Made by a program: the position numbers and the translations under genes
The notes under the pieces: model-generated
Databases searched by the model: none
Told to the model about the DNA's origin: nothing
The model's input: only the letters and a program-made list of their open reading frames with translations
Shown here: positions 51,487 through 61,462 of the stretch, one piece after another
Position numbering within the stretch: the stretch's first letter is position 1
Layout of the letters: the number at the start of each line of letters is the position of its first letter
From: Nitrospirota bacterium
GTDB lineage: Bacteria > Nitrospirota > UBA9217
Length of the DNA stretch: 64,000 bases
Assembly (NCBI GenBank): GCA_963845065.1
Contig: CAWJQQ010000008.1
Location: 96,001-160,000 of the forward strand
Direction of reading: 5' to 3'

Positions 51487-52716
51487 ATGTCGAGACAGAT
51501 AAAAGATGAATACGAAATAATTGCCGAGATCGGCTCCGGCGGTATGGCCACCGTATACAAAGCCGTTCAGAAGTCCCTAGACCGGCCGGTCGCCATCAAG
51601 GAGCTGAAAAAGGCGTTTGCGTCAGACTCCCAGATCGTCCGTCGCTTTGAACGCGAAAGCAAAGTGGCCGCATCGCTCCAGCACGAGAACATCGTCCACA
51701 TCTACGACTACTGGAAAAAACCGCATTACAGCATAGTGATGGAGTATGTGGACGGCGTCAACCTTGCCGATGTAATCGAGAAGACCGGCCCCCTGCCCGC
51801 TGATGTCGGGACAATGATCGCCCTCCAGGTCTGCGATGGCCTCGACTACGCGCACATGCGCGGGCTGATCCATCGTGATATCAAGCCTAGCAACATCATG
51901 ATCAAGAGGAATGGGGAAGTAAAGGTCATGGATTTCGGCATCGCCCAGAGCAGGAACCTGGAAGCCCTGACCATGCCAGGCACGCTCATCGGTACGCCGG
52001 CCTATATGTCACCCGAGCAGGTCCTGGGCCAGCAGCTTGACAGCCGGTCGGATATTTTCTCCTTCGGTATTGTGCTGTATGAGATGTTTACTGGAGTAAA
52101 ACCATTTAAGGACGATGACTCCCGTTCGGTCACGGCCAAGATCCTTAAAGAAAAATTCCTTGCTCCTCGCCGCGTCAACAGCAATATCCCGTGGGGCATT
52201 CAATGGCTCATCAAGAAGTGTCTTCGGAAAAAGCCAAACAGGCGGTACGGATCCGTACTTGAGGTCCGTAAAAAACTGGAAAAGCGGCTTGACCGCAAGT
52301 CAACGAAAGCAGACTCCCTTCAGAAAATCGCCGGTTACCTGGTGTCCATGAATATATTAGAAGCTGCTTCAGACCAGGAAACTCTAGTCTCTATGTCAAA
52401 GGCGCCAAGAATTGGCCGGTACAGCATTGCTCTTGTCGTTTTAGCGTTAATCGTCCTTGCAGCATTAGGTGTCTTATTCTACCAGATACGTGCGAACCAG
52501 CCGTTTGTGTCGCCAGCCACAACCCATCCAGTACTGCCGTCTGTCGCGACTCAGCCCGTGACGCGTCCGCAGGTTACCACATCAACGACACCCACGACGC
52601 CCGACGTAGGACCCCGGGAGGCGTCAGGTTCTCCGAGAGGTGGGGCTCCTCAAACGATTTCTTCCACCTCAATCAGCTCATTGCCAAAATACACCACTTC
52701 TGCACCAACTCCATAG
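51487..52716 (+). CDS. PknB-like Ser/Thr kinase with one TM and a short Pro/Thr-rich tail
   Basis: GSGGMA, HRDIKPSN, DFG and GTPAYMSPEQ motifs. Confidence 0.93.
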   Translation: MSRQIKDEYEIIAEIGSGGMATVYKAVQKSLDRPVAIKELKKAFASDSQIVRRFERESKVAASLQHENIVHIYDYWKKPHYSIVMEYVDGVNLADVIEKTGPLPADVGTMIALQVCDGLDYAHMRGLIHRDIKPSNIMIKRNGEVKVMDFGIAQSRNLEALTMPGTLIGTPAYMSPEQVLGQQLDSRSDIFSFGIVLYEMFTGVKPFKDDDSRSVTAKILKEKFLAPRRVNSNIPWGIQWLIKKCLRKKPNRRYGSVLEVRKKLEKRLDRKSTKADSLQKIAGYLVSMNILEAASDQETLVSMSKAPRIGRYSIALVVLALIVLAALGVLFYQIRANQPFVSPATTHPVLPSVATQPVTRPQVTTSTTPTTPDVGPREASGSPRGGAPQTISSTSISSLPKYTTSAPTP

Positions 52717-52829
52717 TCAGGATCAGATGCCGGTCAATGACCAATCGACGTCTGAACAGAAATATAACGGCATCGGAAAAAAGAAAAATAGGACACTACC
52801 GATAACTGACTAACGGAACTCATCTGATG

Positions 52830-54119
52830 CTATGCTTCTCTCTTCATTTCTACGACGCATTCGATGTGATAGGTATAGGGGAACATGTCTACAGGCTGGA
52901 GGCGGTCGAGACGAAAGCCGAAAAGGTGGAAGTATTTCAGGTCTCGGGCAAGCGTCGAGGGATTACACGATACGTAGACGATTTTTTGCGGGACAAAGGC
53001 AAGGACGCGTTCAAGCGTTTTCAGTGTGGCACCGGCTCTAGGTGGGTCAAGAACGATGACATCAACCCTCTTTTTTTGATATAAGAGTGTTTTGAGGCCC
53101 TTCTGTAGGTCGTCTGCAATGAACTCCACATTTATAATTCCATTCAGTTCTGCATTAGCTTTTGCATCTTCTATGGCTGCATAGCCGGACTCGATACCGA
53201 TAACATTCCTAGCCTTCTGAGCGAGAGGCAGGGTAAAGTTGCCGATGCCGCAATAGAGATCGAGGACTGTCTCGTTCCCCTCGAGACCCGCAAAGTCCAT
53301 AACAGTCCTCACCATGTTTTTGTTCTGCTCCCAGTTAACCTGATAGAAATTGCCTTCCGTGGCGGTGTACCTTAATCCATCCAGTTCCAGCGTCAGCCGG
53401 TTATTGCCGATAACGAAGGCCCTCTGGTTATTTGCATATCCCGTTATCCCGATTACTTCCGGCACGGCTTTTTTCAGATTCATGTAAAACGGTTCCAACG
53501 ACGGCAGTGTGCTCAATTTGCTGAATAGCAATATATGTACTTGACCACCGGGGGTCGCGTTAATATGGATTTCCGTCACTAATGGAAGCTGCTGGACGAG
53601 CGACCTGATGGCCTTCAGCGTCTGGTTGATGAGAGGATGGATCAGATATGCGTCATCCACTTCGACGAGGCTGTATGAACCATGGCGGAAAAAACCGATA
53701 CGCTGCGTTCCGTCCACCGTTCGGACATTGAACTGTGTGCGCAGCCGATAGTGGTCAGTACGGGGGGACGAAAGAATGGGTAGAGGATGGATCGGGGTGA
53801 TGCCGCCGATTCGTGAGAGGGTGTCCAGAAGTATGTCCTGCTTATATCCAAGCTGGGCTGTATAGGCTATATGCGGCCACGTGGCGCCGGTACATTGCTT
53901 TTCGCCCCTGCATGGAGGAGTGATGCGGTTTGCCGAAGGAGTAATGACCTCAATGAGGTCGGCTTGCAGAAAACCCTTCCGTTTCTGCTTGAGGGTGACA
54001 AGGGTGCGTTCGCCGGGAAGCACACCGTTCACAAAGACCACCTGGCCTGTGTTGAGCCGAGCAAGACCGCTACCGCCGTGAACAAGTTTTTCCACAACTA
54101 CTTCAACTTGTTCGTTCAT
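52830..54119 (-). CDS. rlmD: 23S rRNA (uracil-C5)-methyltransferase, RlmD/TrmA family
   Basis: TRAM N-terminus; FYQVN, DLYCGIG, LDPPRAG, YVSCNP and DMFP motifs. Confidence 0.9.
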   Translation of the reverse strand: MNEQVEVVVEKLVHGGSGLARLNTGQVVFVNGVLPGERTLVTLKQKRKGFLQADLIEVITPSANRITPPCRGEKQCTGATWPHIAYTAQLGYKQDILLDTLSRIGGITPIHPLPILSSPRTDHYRLRTQFNVRTVDGTQRIGFFRHGSYSLVEVDDAYLIHPLINQTLKAIRSLVQQLPLVTEIHINATPGGQVHILLFSKLSTLPSLEPFYMNLKKAVPEVIGITGYANNQRAFVIGNNRLTLELDGLRYTATEGNFYQVNWEQNKNMVRTVMDFAGLEGNETVLDLYCGIGNFTLPLAQKARNVIGIESGYAAIEDAKANAELNGIINVEFIADDLQKGLKTLLYQKKRVDVIVLDPPRAGATLKTLERVLAFVPQKIVYVSCNPSTLARDLKYFHLFGFRLDRLQPVDMFPYTYHIECVVEMKREA

Positions 54120-54469
54120 CCAAGAATCTTCTTTACCGTTTCACGCAGAAGGGTGGTGTCTGCTGATTTTACGACATACGCGTCTGAACACCAGCTCCCA
54201 AAATCCTGCTTGTACTCTTCATAGGCCGTGCAGATGATCACCGGCAGTGTGCTATCCTTTTCTTTCATTTTGCGCAAGGTTTCGATGCCGTCCTGATCGG
54301 GCATACGCATATCAAGAGTGACGAGATCGAACTTTGCTGTATCCATGACTGCGAGCGCCTGAATACCGTCGGCCACAACTGTCACCGCAAAGCCCATATC
54401 TTCTAACTCCTCCTTATAAAGCTCTCGGATATTTTCTTCATCGTCGACAACTAGTATTTTTTTCATCAA
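54116..54469 (-). CDS. Single-domain response regulator
   Basis: VVDDE, LDMRMP and TA motifs; no output domain. Confidence 0.92.
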   Translation of the reverse strand: MMKKILVVDDEENIRELYKEELEDMGFAVTVVADGIQALAVMDTAKFDLVTLDMRMPDQDGIETLRKMKEKDSTLPVIICTAYEEYKQDFGSWCSDAYVVKSADTTLLRETVKKILG

Positions 54470-54581
54470 AGCCTCCTTGCCTATTATCGCTCAGCTTTAA
54501 AGCTTTTTTTACAGCAGTGTTTTGTCCCTGTCTTTCTCCGACGCAAGAGAGGACAGTACATCCAACGTTGCAACTGTCATC

Positions 54582-56996
54582 TTAATTCCCCACCAATGGT
54601 TGTATATCTTCCACTTTTTTCGTACCCGGTGCAGAGCAAGGGAGCTTGATAGTAAAGATCGCCCCGCCGGTATCCTTGTTCTTAAGTTCGATTTTGCCCT
54701 TGTGGGCCTTGATTATCCTATTTGTGATCGGCAGCCCCAGACCGGTCCCCCGAGGTTTCGTCGTATAGTAGGGATTGAAAATGTTATGCATAGCCTTCGC
54801 TGAGATGCCGGGACCCGTGTCGCCGAACTCTATCGCAACCTCGTTCGTTACTTCGAGAAGAGATGTCCGGATGAAGAGTGTTCCGCCGTTTTCCATGGCC
54901 TCCATAGCATTTTTAAGAATGTTGATCACTGCTTGTTTTATCTGCTGAGTGTCGATCTTGAGCATGGGCAGAAAGGGGGATAATTTTCTATCCACGGCTA
55001 CATGCCGCTGTGCAAGCTCGTCCTCATAGAGCGTAAGGATATCCTGGATTACGTCATTGATATCGGCTTCGCTCAACTGCGGGGAAACCTCTTTGATATA
55101 GGACAAATTGTCGTGGATGATCCCCTCGAGACGCGAGACTTCACTCAAGACGATATCTATGTATTTTTTATCCTCGCTGTGCTGCAATTTTTTCGCTAGT
55201 CTTCGCGTGAATCCTCCAATGGAGACGAGAGGGTTTCTGATCTCGTGGGTGATCTCCGCCATCATGGCGCCGAGAGCAGCCATTTTTTCGGACTGGACCA
55301 GTTGTTCGTGCAAGGCCCGGATATCCTTGTTCATAGTCTCGAGATTGGTGTGGATGATGGCGTTTTCTATGGCGAGCGCCGACTGGGACGAGAACATGCT
55401 GAGAAACCGGATGTCGTCGTCAGTTATCGGCCGCTGATTGAACATATTGTCAACGAGGATCACGCCGATGACGTGGTCCTTCGCAACGAGTGGCACTGTT
55501 GCGAAGCTGTTCACTTTGAGCAGTTCACGGAGATCCTTGGAAACGACTGGATCCCCGGCTGCGTTGGTCACGTTGTAAGGACGTTTATTCAGAACTGTCA
55601 AGGCCAAGACGCCTACAGTTGGATTGAGCGTGACCCTGATGCCCCGGGCAAGCGCATTCAGCGCTGAATCACGATGCTCGAAGAGCTCACCGGTCTGGAT
55701 CCACTCCAGGAGGCTTTTATGTCGGCTGGAAACCTCACACCAAGCTTGGTTCGCTTCTTCCCAGCTGGTGGGACCCACGCCCATCATGCCTTGGAGCGTG
55801 TTGGTGCGTTCATTTGTCAGGAGGAGGATTGCACGGTTAAAGCCTAGGCCGCTGCCGCCCATCGTGGCGGCAGTCAGGATTATCCTGAGCAATCGGTCGA
55901 GGTTGAGCGTTGTGCTCATTGCCGTGTTGATATCGTTCAGGATGGAGAGTTCCTGCGCTCGGGTCCTGGCCTCGATCGCGAGGTCCTCCATGCGCTCGTA
56001 CATGGCAGCGTTCTCGATGGCGATGGATGCGCCGCTAGCAACAGTGGTCAGGAACTGCAGATCGTCGTCGGTGAATATCCGTGTTTCCTGTTGTTTATTA
56101 TAGAGCGTTATGACACCGATTACTTTTTCACGAAACAAGAGCGGCACACTGAGAATGGAGTCTGAAACGTTTTCCACTCCGAAGGCCCCGTCTCGACCGA
56201 CGTCCTGGATAAGTAGCGGTTTTTTCTCACCTGCAACCCGGTCGGCCACTGCATTACCGATCCGGGCGTCCAATTCCCTGACAGCATTGCCGATAACGCT
56301 GTGGAACGCGAAAGTCTTGTGCGAAACGATCTCTGGCAGGTTTCTGAGCCTGATTGCGCAGCTTTGAGCGTGCAAAGATTGGGTCGCGCCCTTGGCGATT
56401 AGCGACAGGATCTGTTCAACGTCCAGCGTGGAGGTAAGCGCCATACCGATTTCGTAGATGGAGGCGAGGTTGGCGAGTCGGTCCTGGAGACCTTGGAAAA
56501 GCTGAGCGTTTTTGATGACACCGCTAAGCTGGTTTGCCGTGGTCGTGAGCAGCGTGATATCCGAAGAGGTGGCCTGCCAGATCGGGGAGGAGAGCACGAA
56601 TATGACGCCGAGACAGCTGTCATCATCCATGATGGGTGCTGCAACAAGGGATTTGAAGTTTTCGATGCCCGACCCAGGGACGTAGGCAAACCTCGGGTCC
56701 GAGTAGGGGTCTTCGAGCGCCAGCGGCACCTTCTGCTGCGCCACCCATCCGGCAATACCCATGCCGAGTGGAAAGCTTAATTTGCCGATACTTTCCTGGT
56801 TGAGCCCAATCGCCGCAACGAGGGTGACTGTTTTTCCTGAGCGATCGATGAGGAATATGGAAGCCCCATCTTTTCCCATGCCGCGCGTTATGGCTTCAAC
56901 TATGCGTCGAAGCTTCTCCGCAAGTCCGCTGGTAGAGTTCGAAATCCGGCTGATTTCGCTGAGGATGATCAGTTCTGTTTTTTCCGTCGTATCCAT
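54582..56996 (-). CDS. Triple-GAF sensor histidine kinase
   Basis: Three GAF-like repeats; H-box THEIRNPL; N, G1, F and G2 boxes. Confidence 0.9.
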   Translation of the reverse strand: MDTTEKTELIILSEISRISNSTSGLAEKLRRIVEAITRGMGKDGASIFLIDRSGKTVTLVAAIGLNQESIGKLSFPLGMGIAGWVAQQKVPLALEDPYSDPRFAYVPGSGIENFKSLVAAPIMDDDSCLGVIFVLSSPIWQATSSDITLLTTTANQLSGVIKNAQLFQGLQDRLANLASIYEIGMALTSTLDVEQILSLIAKGATQSLHAQSCAIRLRNLPEIVSHKTFAFHSVIGNAVRELDARIGNAVADRVAGEKKPLLIQDVGRDGAFGVENVSDSILSVPLLFREKVIGVITLYNKQQETRIFTDDDLQFLTTVASGASIAIENAAMYERMEDLAIEARTRAQELSILNDINTAMSTTLNLDRLLRIILTAATMGGSGLGFNRAILLLTNERTNTLQGMMGVGPTSWEEANQAWCEVSSRHKSLLEWIQTGELFEHRDSALNALARGIRVTLNPTVGVLALTVLNKRPYNVTNAAGDPVVSKDLRELLKVNSFATVPLVAKDHVIGVILVDNMFNQRPITDDDIRFLSMFSSQSALAIENAIIHTNLETMNKDIRALHEQLVQSEKMAALGAMMAEITHEIRNPLVSIGGFTRRLAKKLQHSEDKKYIDIVLSEVSRLEGIIHDNLSYIKEVSPQLSEADINDVIQDILTLYEDELAQRHVAVDRKLSPFLPMLKIDTQQIKQAVINILKNAMEAMENGGTLFIRTSLLEVTNEVAIEFGDTGPGISAKAMHNIFNPYYTTKPRGTGLGLPITNRIIKAHKGKIELKNKDTGGAIFTIKLPCSAPGTKKVEDIQPLVGN

Positions 56997-57083
56997 AGCT
57001 GAATTGCAGGGGACGGTAGTCAGGGGCCAGGAGCCAGTAAAAAAAATCAACAAGGGCTTTTACGCAGGTCTGGACCGTTGATC

Positions 57084-58535
57084 CTATACCCTATCTATCT
57101 TCAACGTCTTCTGGTACAGCTTTACATATTCTTTTGCCGAATGCTCCCAAGAGAAATCCTCATGCATGCCTGCCTGCATGAGGCGATGCCACTTAGCTTT
57201 ATTGCTGAAAACGTTTAGAGCGCGACGAATGCATTTGAGCAGTGCAGGTGCTGAATATTCGTTGAACAAAAAACCGGTACCGCGGCCCGTCCGTGCATTG
57301 CAATCTACCACGGTGTCCGAGAGCCCACCAGTTCTGCGGACGATCGGTACGGTCCCGTAACGCAGAGCGATCATTTGGCCGAGACCGCAGGGTTCATACC
57401 GTGACGGCATAAGAAACATATCGCTTCCCGAATATATGTTTTTTGCAAGCTCCTCATCATATTGGAGGAATACCCGCATCGCATTTCCGTTGCGGCTTGC
57501 AACATTGGCCAGAAGATGGTGATACGCAGCATCGCCAGAGCCCAGAATAATCAGCTGCACCCCGAGCGCCATGATATCCGGCAAGGCATCAGTCAGGATG
57601 TCCATCCCTTTTTGGTCAACGAGCCGCGTCACCATTCCTATGATCGGGTCTCCCCTGTCAGGCAGATTGACGAGTTCAAGAAGCTTTTTTTTACACCATG
57701 CCTTGCCTGACAGGCTGGAAGCACCATACCTATGGGGGATGACGTGATCATGCCGCGGGTCATAGGTCTTATAATCGATACCGTTTACAATCCCATAAAG
57801 ATCAGCCGAGCGTCTTTTGAGTACGCCCTCGAGTCCGCAACCGTACTCCGGCGTCTGAATTTCCCGGCTGTAGGTCTTGCTTACCGTGGTAATAATATCT
57901 GCCGAAACAAGGCCAGCCTTGAGCAAGTTCATCTTACCCCAGAACTCGATTCCTTCAGGCGTGAATACATTCCAGTCAAGGCCCGTTAGACGCATGTCCC
58001 AATGCCAGAATAGACCCTGATATCCGAGATTGTGCACCGTGAAGACGGTTCTTGTTTTGCGCAGCGTCTCCGTGCTGCCATAGAGTTTTTTCAGGTAAAG
58101 AGGCACGAGACCGGTCTGCCAGTCGTTACAGTGAATAATGTCAGGTTTAAGCCGCAATGCATCGCACAGTTCTGGTACCGCCCGTGAGAAAAAAATGAAG
58201 CGTTCGGCATTATCACTATAATCGCCATGCGTCGTGCCGTACAACTCTGGCCGGTCGTAAAAAACGTCCTTATTGATGAAAAACACAGTAACGTCTTTGC
58301 CCATAGATCCTTTGAGCACATCGCACCGCTCTTTCCACGTTCCAAGAGGGACCGTAAAAGATGTGACCTGCTTTAGCTTGAGTGCATGAATGTCAACCTG
58401 CCGGTAACGGGGCATGACGACGTTCACCTCATGGCCAAGCGAAGCGATGGCAGGCGGCAGGCTCCCCGCGACGTCTGCAAGGCCGCCTGTTTTGGCAAAA
58501 GGGGCTGCCTCAGACGTTGCAAAAAGAATTCTCAT
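57084..58535 (-). CDS. glgA: Glycogen synthase
   Basis: KTGGLADV, HCNDWQ, HNLGYQG and EPCGL motifs. Confidence 0.96.
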   Translation of the reverse strand: MRILFATSEAAPFAKTGGLADVAGSLPPAIASLGHEVNVVMPRYRQVDIHALKLKQVTSFTVPLGTWKERCDVLKGSMGKDVTVFFINKDVFYDRPELYGTTHGDYSDNAERFIFFSRAVPELCDALRLKPDIIHCNDWQTGLVPLYLKKLYGSTETLRKTRTVFTVHNLGYQGLFWHWDMRLTGLDWNVFTPEGIEFWGKMNLLKAGLVSADIITTVSKTYSREIQTPEYGCGLEGVLKRRSADLYGIVNGIDYKTYDPRHDHVIPHRYGASSLSGKAWCKKKLLELVNLPDRGDPIIGMVTRLVDQKGMDILTDALPDIMALGVQLIILGSGDAAYHHLLANVASRNGNAMRVFLQYDEELAKNIYSGSDMFLMPSRYEPCGLGQMIALRYGTVPIVRRTGGLSDTVVDCNARTGRGTGFLFNEYSAPALLKCIRRALNVFSNKAKWHRLMQAGMHEDFSWEHSAKEYVKLYQKTLKIDRV

Positions 58536-58722
58536 AGATTTATGATTATGATATTGCAAAACTGCATAGATCACATAGATTCAGATGGCACTGAGAAAAT
58601 ACAAAAATCAGAATACTAGAATACTATAGAGCAATAAGTAAATCGAAACACCGTAACCAGTCTTTTAATACATTCTCTCAATGTCTGTGTGCCACTGTGG
58701 TGGCTCTTACTGTCAAACTGTT

Positions 58723-59718
58723 TTACAATTTAATTTCTCGTAGAAATTTTGCCGCATCCTCAGGCGGCGTGGGATTGATGTAGAATCCAGATCCCCATTC
58801 AAAGCCTGCAACGTTCGTGAGCTTGGGCATGAGTTCAATATGCCAATGGTAGTAATCGTTCCGCTCGTCGCGGAAGGGCGACGTATGGATTATATAGTTG
58901 TAGGGCGGGTTCGACAACGCCCGATCTAGCCGCTGCAGAACGTTTTGAAGAAGTCCGGCGAGGTCATGAAAATCGTCATTTGTCGAGCACGAAAAGCATG
59001 AAAGGTGCTGTTTGGGCATGATCCATGTTTCGAAGGGGAAGCGAGGGGCATAAGGGGCCAGGGCGATGAATAACGGTGTTTCGAGTACAATGCGCGTTTT
59101 GGCTTGAATCTCTTGTCGGATGATATCGCAAAAGATACAGCGTTCCTTAAGGCCGAAGTGTCTCCTGCTGCCATCGATCTCTTCCTGAACCTGGATCGGA
59201 ACGATCGGCAGGGCTATGAGCTGAGAGTGAGTGTGCTCAAGTGTCGCGCCGGCGGTGATGCCCTCGTTTTTGAAGATGAGCGTATACTGGAACCGTTTGT
59301 CTTTTTTCAGGTCTTCTATACGGTCGCGGTATGCCCAGAGCACTTCTTCCATTGCTTTTTGGGGAATGGTTGCGAGCGTCGCAGTATGCTCCGGACTCTC
59401 GATTATGACCTCGTGAGCGCCGATTCCATTCATCTTGTCGAAAATCCCCTCACCCTGTTTGTACAGGCTGCCTTCGATCTGGAGGGCCGGAAATTTGTTC
59501 GGCACGGTTCTAAGCCGCCATCCCGGTCCGTTGGGTTGCCCGTTATCCCGGTATGCAAGGATCTCGTTCGGCGTGGTTCGTTCATTACCTGCACAGAAGG
59601 GGCAGAAGCCAGTGCGCTTCTTGTCACGCTGATCATGAAATTCGCTGGGTCGTTTGCCCCGCTCCGACGAGATTATGACCCATCGGCCTGTGATGGGGTC
59701 TTTTCGCAGTTCAGGCAT
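58723..59718 (-). CDS. galT: GalT-family hexose-1-phosphate nucleotidyltransferase
   Basis: CPFC.GNE, NKFPAL, HEVIIE and HTHSQ (HxHxQ) motifs. Confidence 0.88.
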   Translation of the reverse strand: MPELRKDPITGRWVIISSERGKRPSEFHDQRDKKRTGFCPFCAGNERTTPNEILAYRDNGQPNGPGWRLRTVPNKFPALQIEGSLYKQGEGIFDKMNGIGAHEVIIESPEHTATLATIPQKAMEEVLWAYRDRIEDLKKDKRFQYTLIFKNEGITAGATLEHTHSQLIALPIVPIQVQEEIDGSRRHFGLKERCIFCDIIRQEIQAKTRIVLETPLFIALAPYAPRFPFETWIMPKQHLSCFSCSTNDDFHDLAGLLQNVLQRLDRALSNPPYNYIIHTSPFRDERNDYYHWHIELMPKLTNVAGFEWGSGFYINPTPPEDAAKFLREIKL

Positions 59719-59824
59719 ATACACTCCTTAAGTCCGCAATCGTTTTATTCCAGCGGATTTTATTATTATATCCGCCTCCTTCCCTGTTGTCAAAAGAACT
59801 CTTTGTATGCTATGATAAATGACC

Positions 59825-60292
59825 ATGGCGCACACGCTTGACAAACTTTCCCTGTCCCTCGATAAGCTCCTTAAGAACCGCGGTTTTCAAGGCCGTCTCC
59901 ATGAGTACCGCATATTCGGGCAATGGGAGCGATGTGTGGGCGCAATGATCGCTCGACATGCGCAGCCCCAGTCAGTCCGCGCAAGCAGGCTTTTGCTCAT
60001 CGTTGACAGCCCCGCATGGATGCAGCAGCTTACCCTGCTCAAACCTGAAATCATCGAAAAGTTGAACAAGAGCCTGGGTAAAACAGCGATCAAAGACATC
60101 ACTCTGAAGCTTGGCGAGATTCCATCTGACCATGAACACATACCGGAGGAGCCCACAGCGACTCCGCTCGGCCCCGCTGAGCGGGCGACCATTGAGCAAT
60201 GCGTCGCCAAGATAGCCGATGTTGCCACACGGGATGCCATCCGACGGGTCATTGAAAAAGATTTTTTATGCAGGAAGAAAATAAAAAAGTAA
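59825..60292 (+). CDS. DUF721/DciA-family protein
   Basis: W..CVG..IARHAQP and VDSPAWMQQL..K..I..KLN pattern. Confidence 0.8.
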   Translation: MAHTLDKLSLSLDKLLKNRGFQGRLHEYRIFGQWERCVGAMIARHAQPQSVRASRLLLIVDSPAWMQQLTLLKPEIIEKLNKSLGKTAIKDITLKLGEIPSDHEHIPEEPTATPLGPAERATIEQCVAKIADVATRDAIRRVIEKDFLCRKKIKK

Positions 60293-60306
60293 AACTCTAT
60301 GCAGGA

Positions 60307-60840
60307 TCAGCATTGAACTTGTTTTTTCGGATAAACAACCTTCAGGTGCCGGATCTCTGCCCAGGGAGTAATCTGTTGTTCTTTCACTGAGCCCTTGCCC
60401 ATGATATCCATGACAGAAATCCCGCGAACGAGCAGCGCGTCACCGATAAGCGAGCGGTGGCACCGCCAGGGCACTGCTTCGGCGCACATGATTACCGTCA
60501 TTTGCATTCTTGCAATGTCGATCAGCTGCAACAAACTCTCCTCGAATTCTTCAGTTTGCATGTAATCCGCGAACCCCCGGAAGGCCGCATTTCCCCATCC
60601 TTGATTCACCGAATCTTTCTTTGTTTTGCGGAGTCCTCCCAGTCCCGGCAGTCGGAAGTAATCGATGCTGTTATCATTCAAACTCCTCTCAAGAGAGTCA
60701 CTGTTAAATTGCGGGTTATGGCTCGACTTGGGAATGGTCCGGATGTCAACGAGAAGCTCTATGCCGTATGTCTTTAGTATCTCGACAAAGTTTTGCCCGG
60801 TGTGCGTCGAATGGCCGATGGTATAGATCGTAAGGGACAT
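60307..60840 (-). CDS. DUF488-family protein
   Basis: YTIGHS, VDIR, LGG and MCAEAVPWRCHR motifs. Confidence 0.88.
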   Translation of the reverse strand: MSLTIYTIGHSTHTGQNFVEILKTYGIELLVDIRTIPKSSHNPQFNSDSLERSLNDNSIDYFRLPGLGGLRKTKKDSVNQGWGNAAFRGFADYMQTEEFEESLLQLIDIARMQMTVIMCAEAVPWRCHRSLIGDALLVRGISVMDIMGKGSVKEQQITPWAEIRHLKVVYPKKQVQC

Positions 60841-60883
60841 AAACGAATTCCATCGATGCAGAAGAATGCTGGACATTGAAACC

Positions 60884-61462
60884 TTAAATGTCTGGTCTGC
60901 GTCTGTTGATGATCGATAAAAATTCTTCCCGGGTCGCGGGGTTTGTACGGAAGACTCCCAGGACCGACGAAGTTACGAACAAGGAGTTCTGTTTTTCTAC
61001 GCCGCGCATCATCATGCAGAGATGGCGCGCCTCGATCATCACACCGACGCCATCAGCATTGATCGAGTCCTTGATCACGTATGCGATTTGTTCCGTGAGC
61101 CGTTCCTGGATCTGGAGCCTTCGAGAGTACATATCCACGAGGCGCGCGAGCTTACTGATGCCGAATACCCGCCCTCGGGGAATGTATCCAATGTGGCAGC
61201 GGCCGTAGAATGGTAGCAAGTGGTGTTCGCAGAGGCTGTATACCTCGATGTCCTTCACCACGACCATGCTGGTTGTTTCCTGGTCGAAACAGGCCTGGTT
61301 GATCATTTGCTGGACATCGGCTTTATACCCCGACGTCAGATAGGCGAGAGATGCGGCGACGCGTTTCGGCGTATTGACGAGACCATCGCGCTCCGGATCC
61401 TCGCCTAGCTCGACAAGCAGTTCTTTGACAAGTCTTTGAATCTTCTCATTACTATCAGTCAT
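60884..61462 (-). CDS. folE: GTP cyclohydrolase I
   Basis: TPKRV, SLCEHH, GISK, LQIQE and HLCMMMRG motifs. Confidence 0.96.
   Translation of the reverse strand: MTDSNEKIQRLVKELLVELGEDPERDGLVNTPKRVAASLAYLTSGYKADVQQMINQACFDQETTSMVVVKDIEVYSLCEHHLLPFYGRCHIGYIPRGRVFGISKLARLVDMYSRRLQIQERLTEQIAYVIKDSINADGVGVMIEARHLCMMMRGVEKQNSLFVTSSVLGVFRTNPATREEFLSIINRRRPDI

Noticed and set aside
41405..52716. Type VI secretion regulatory module (PpkA/PppA/Fha)
   Set aside because: No tss, hcp, vgrG or clpV genes occur in the window.
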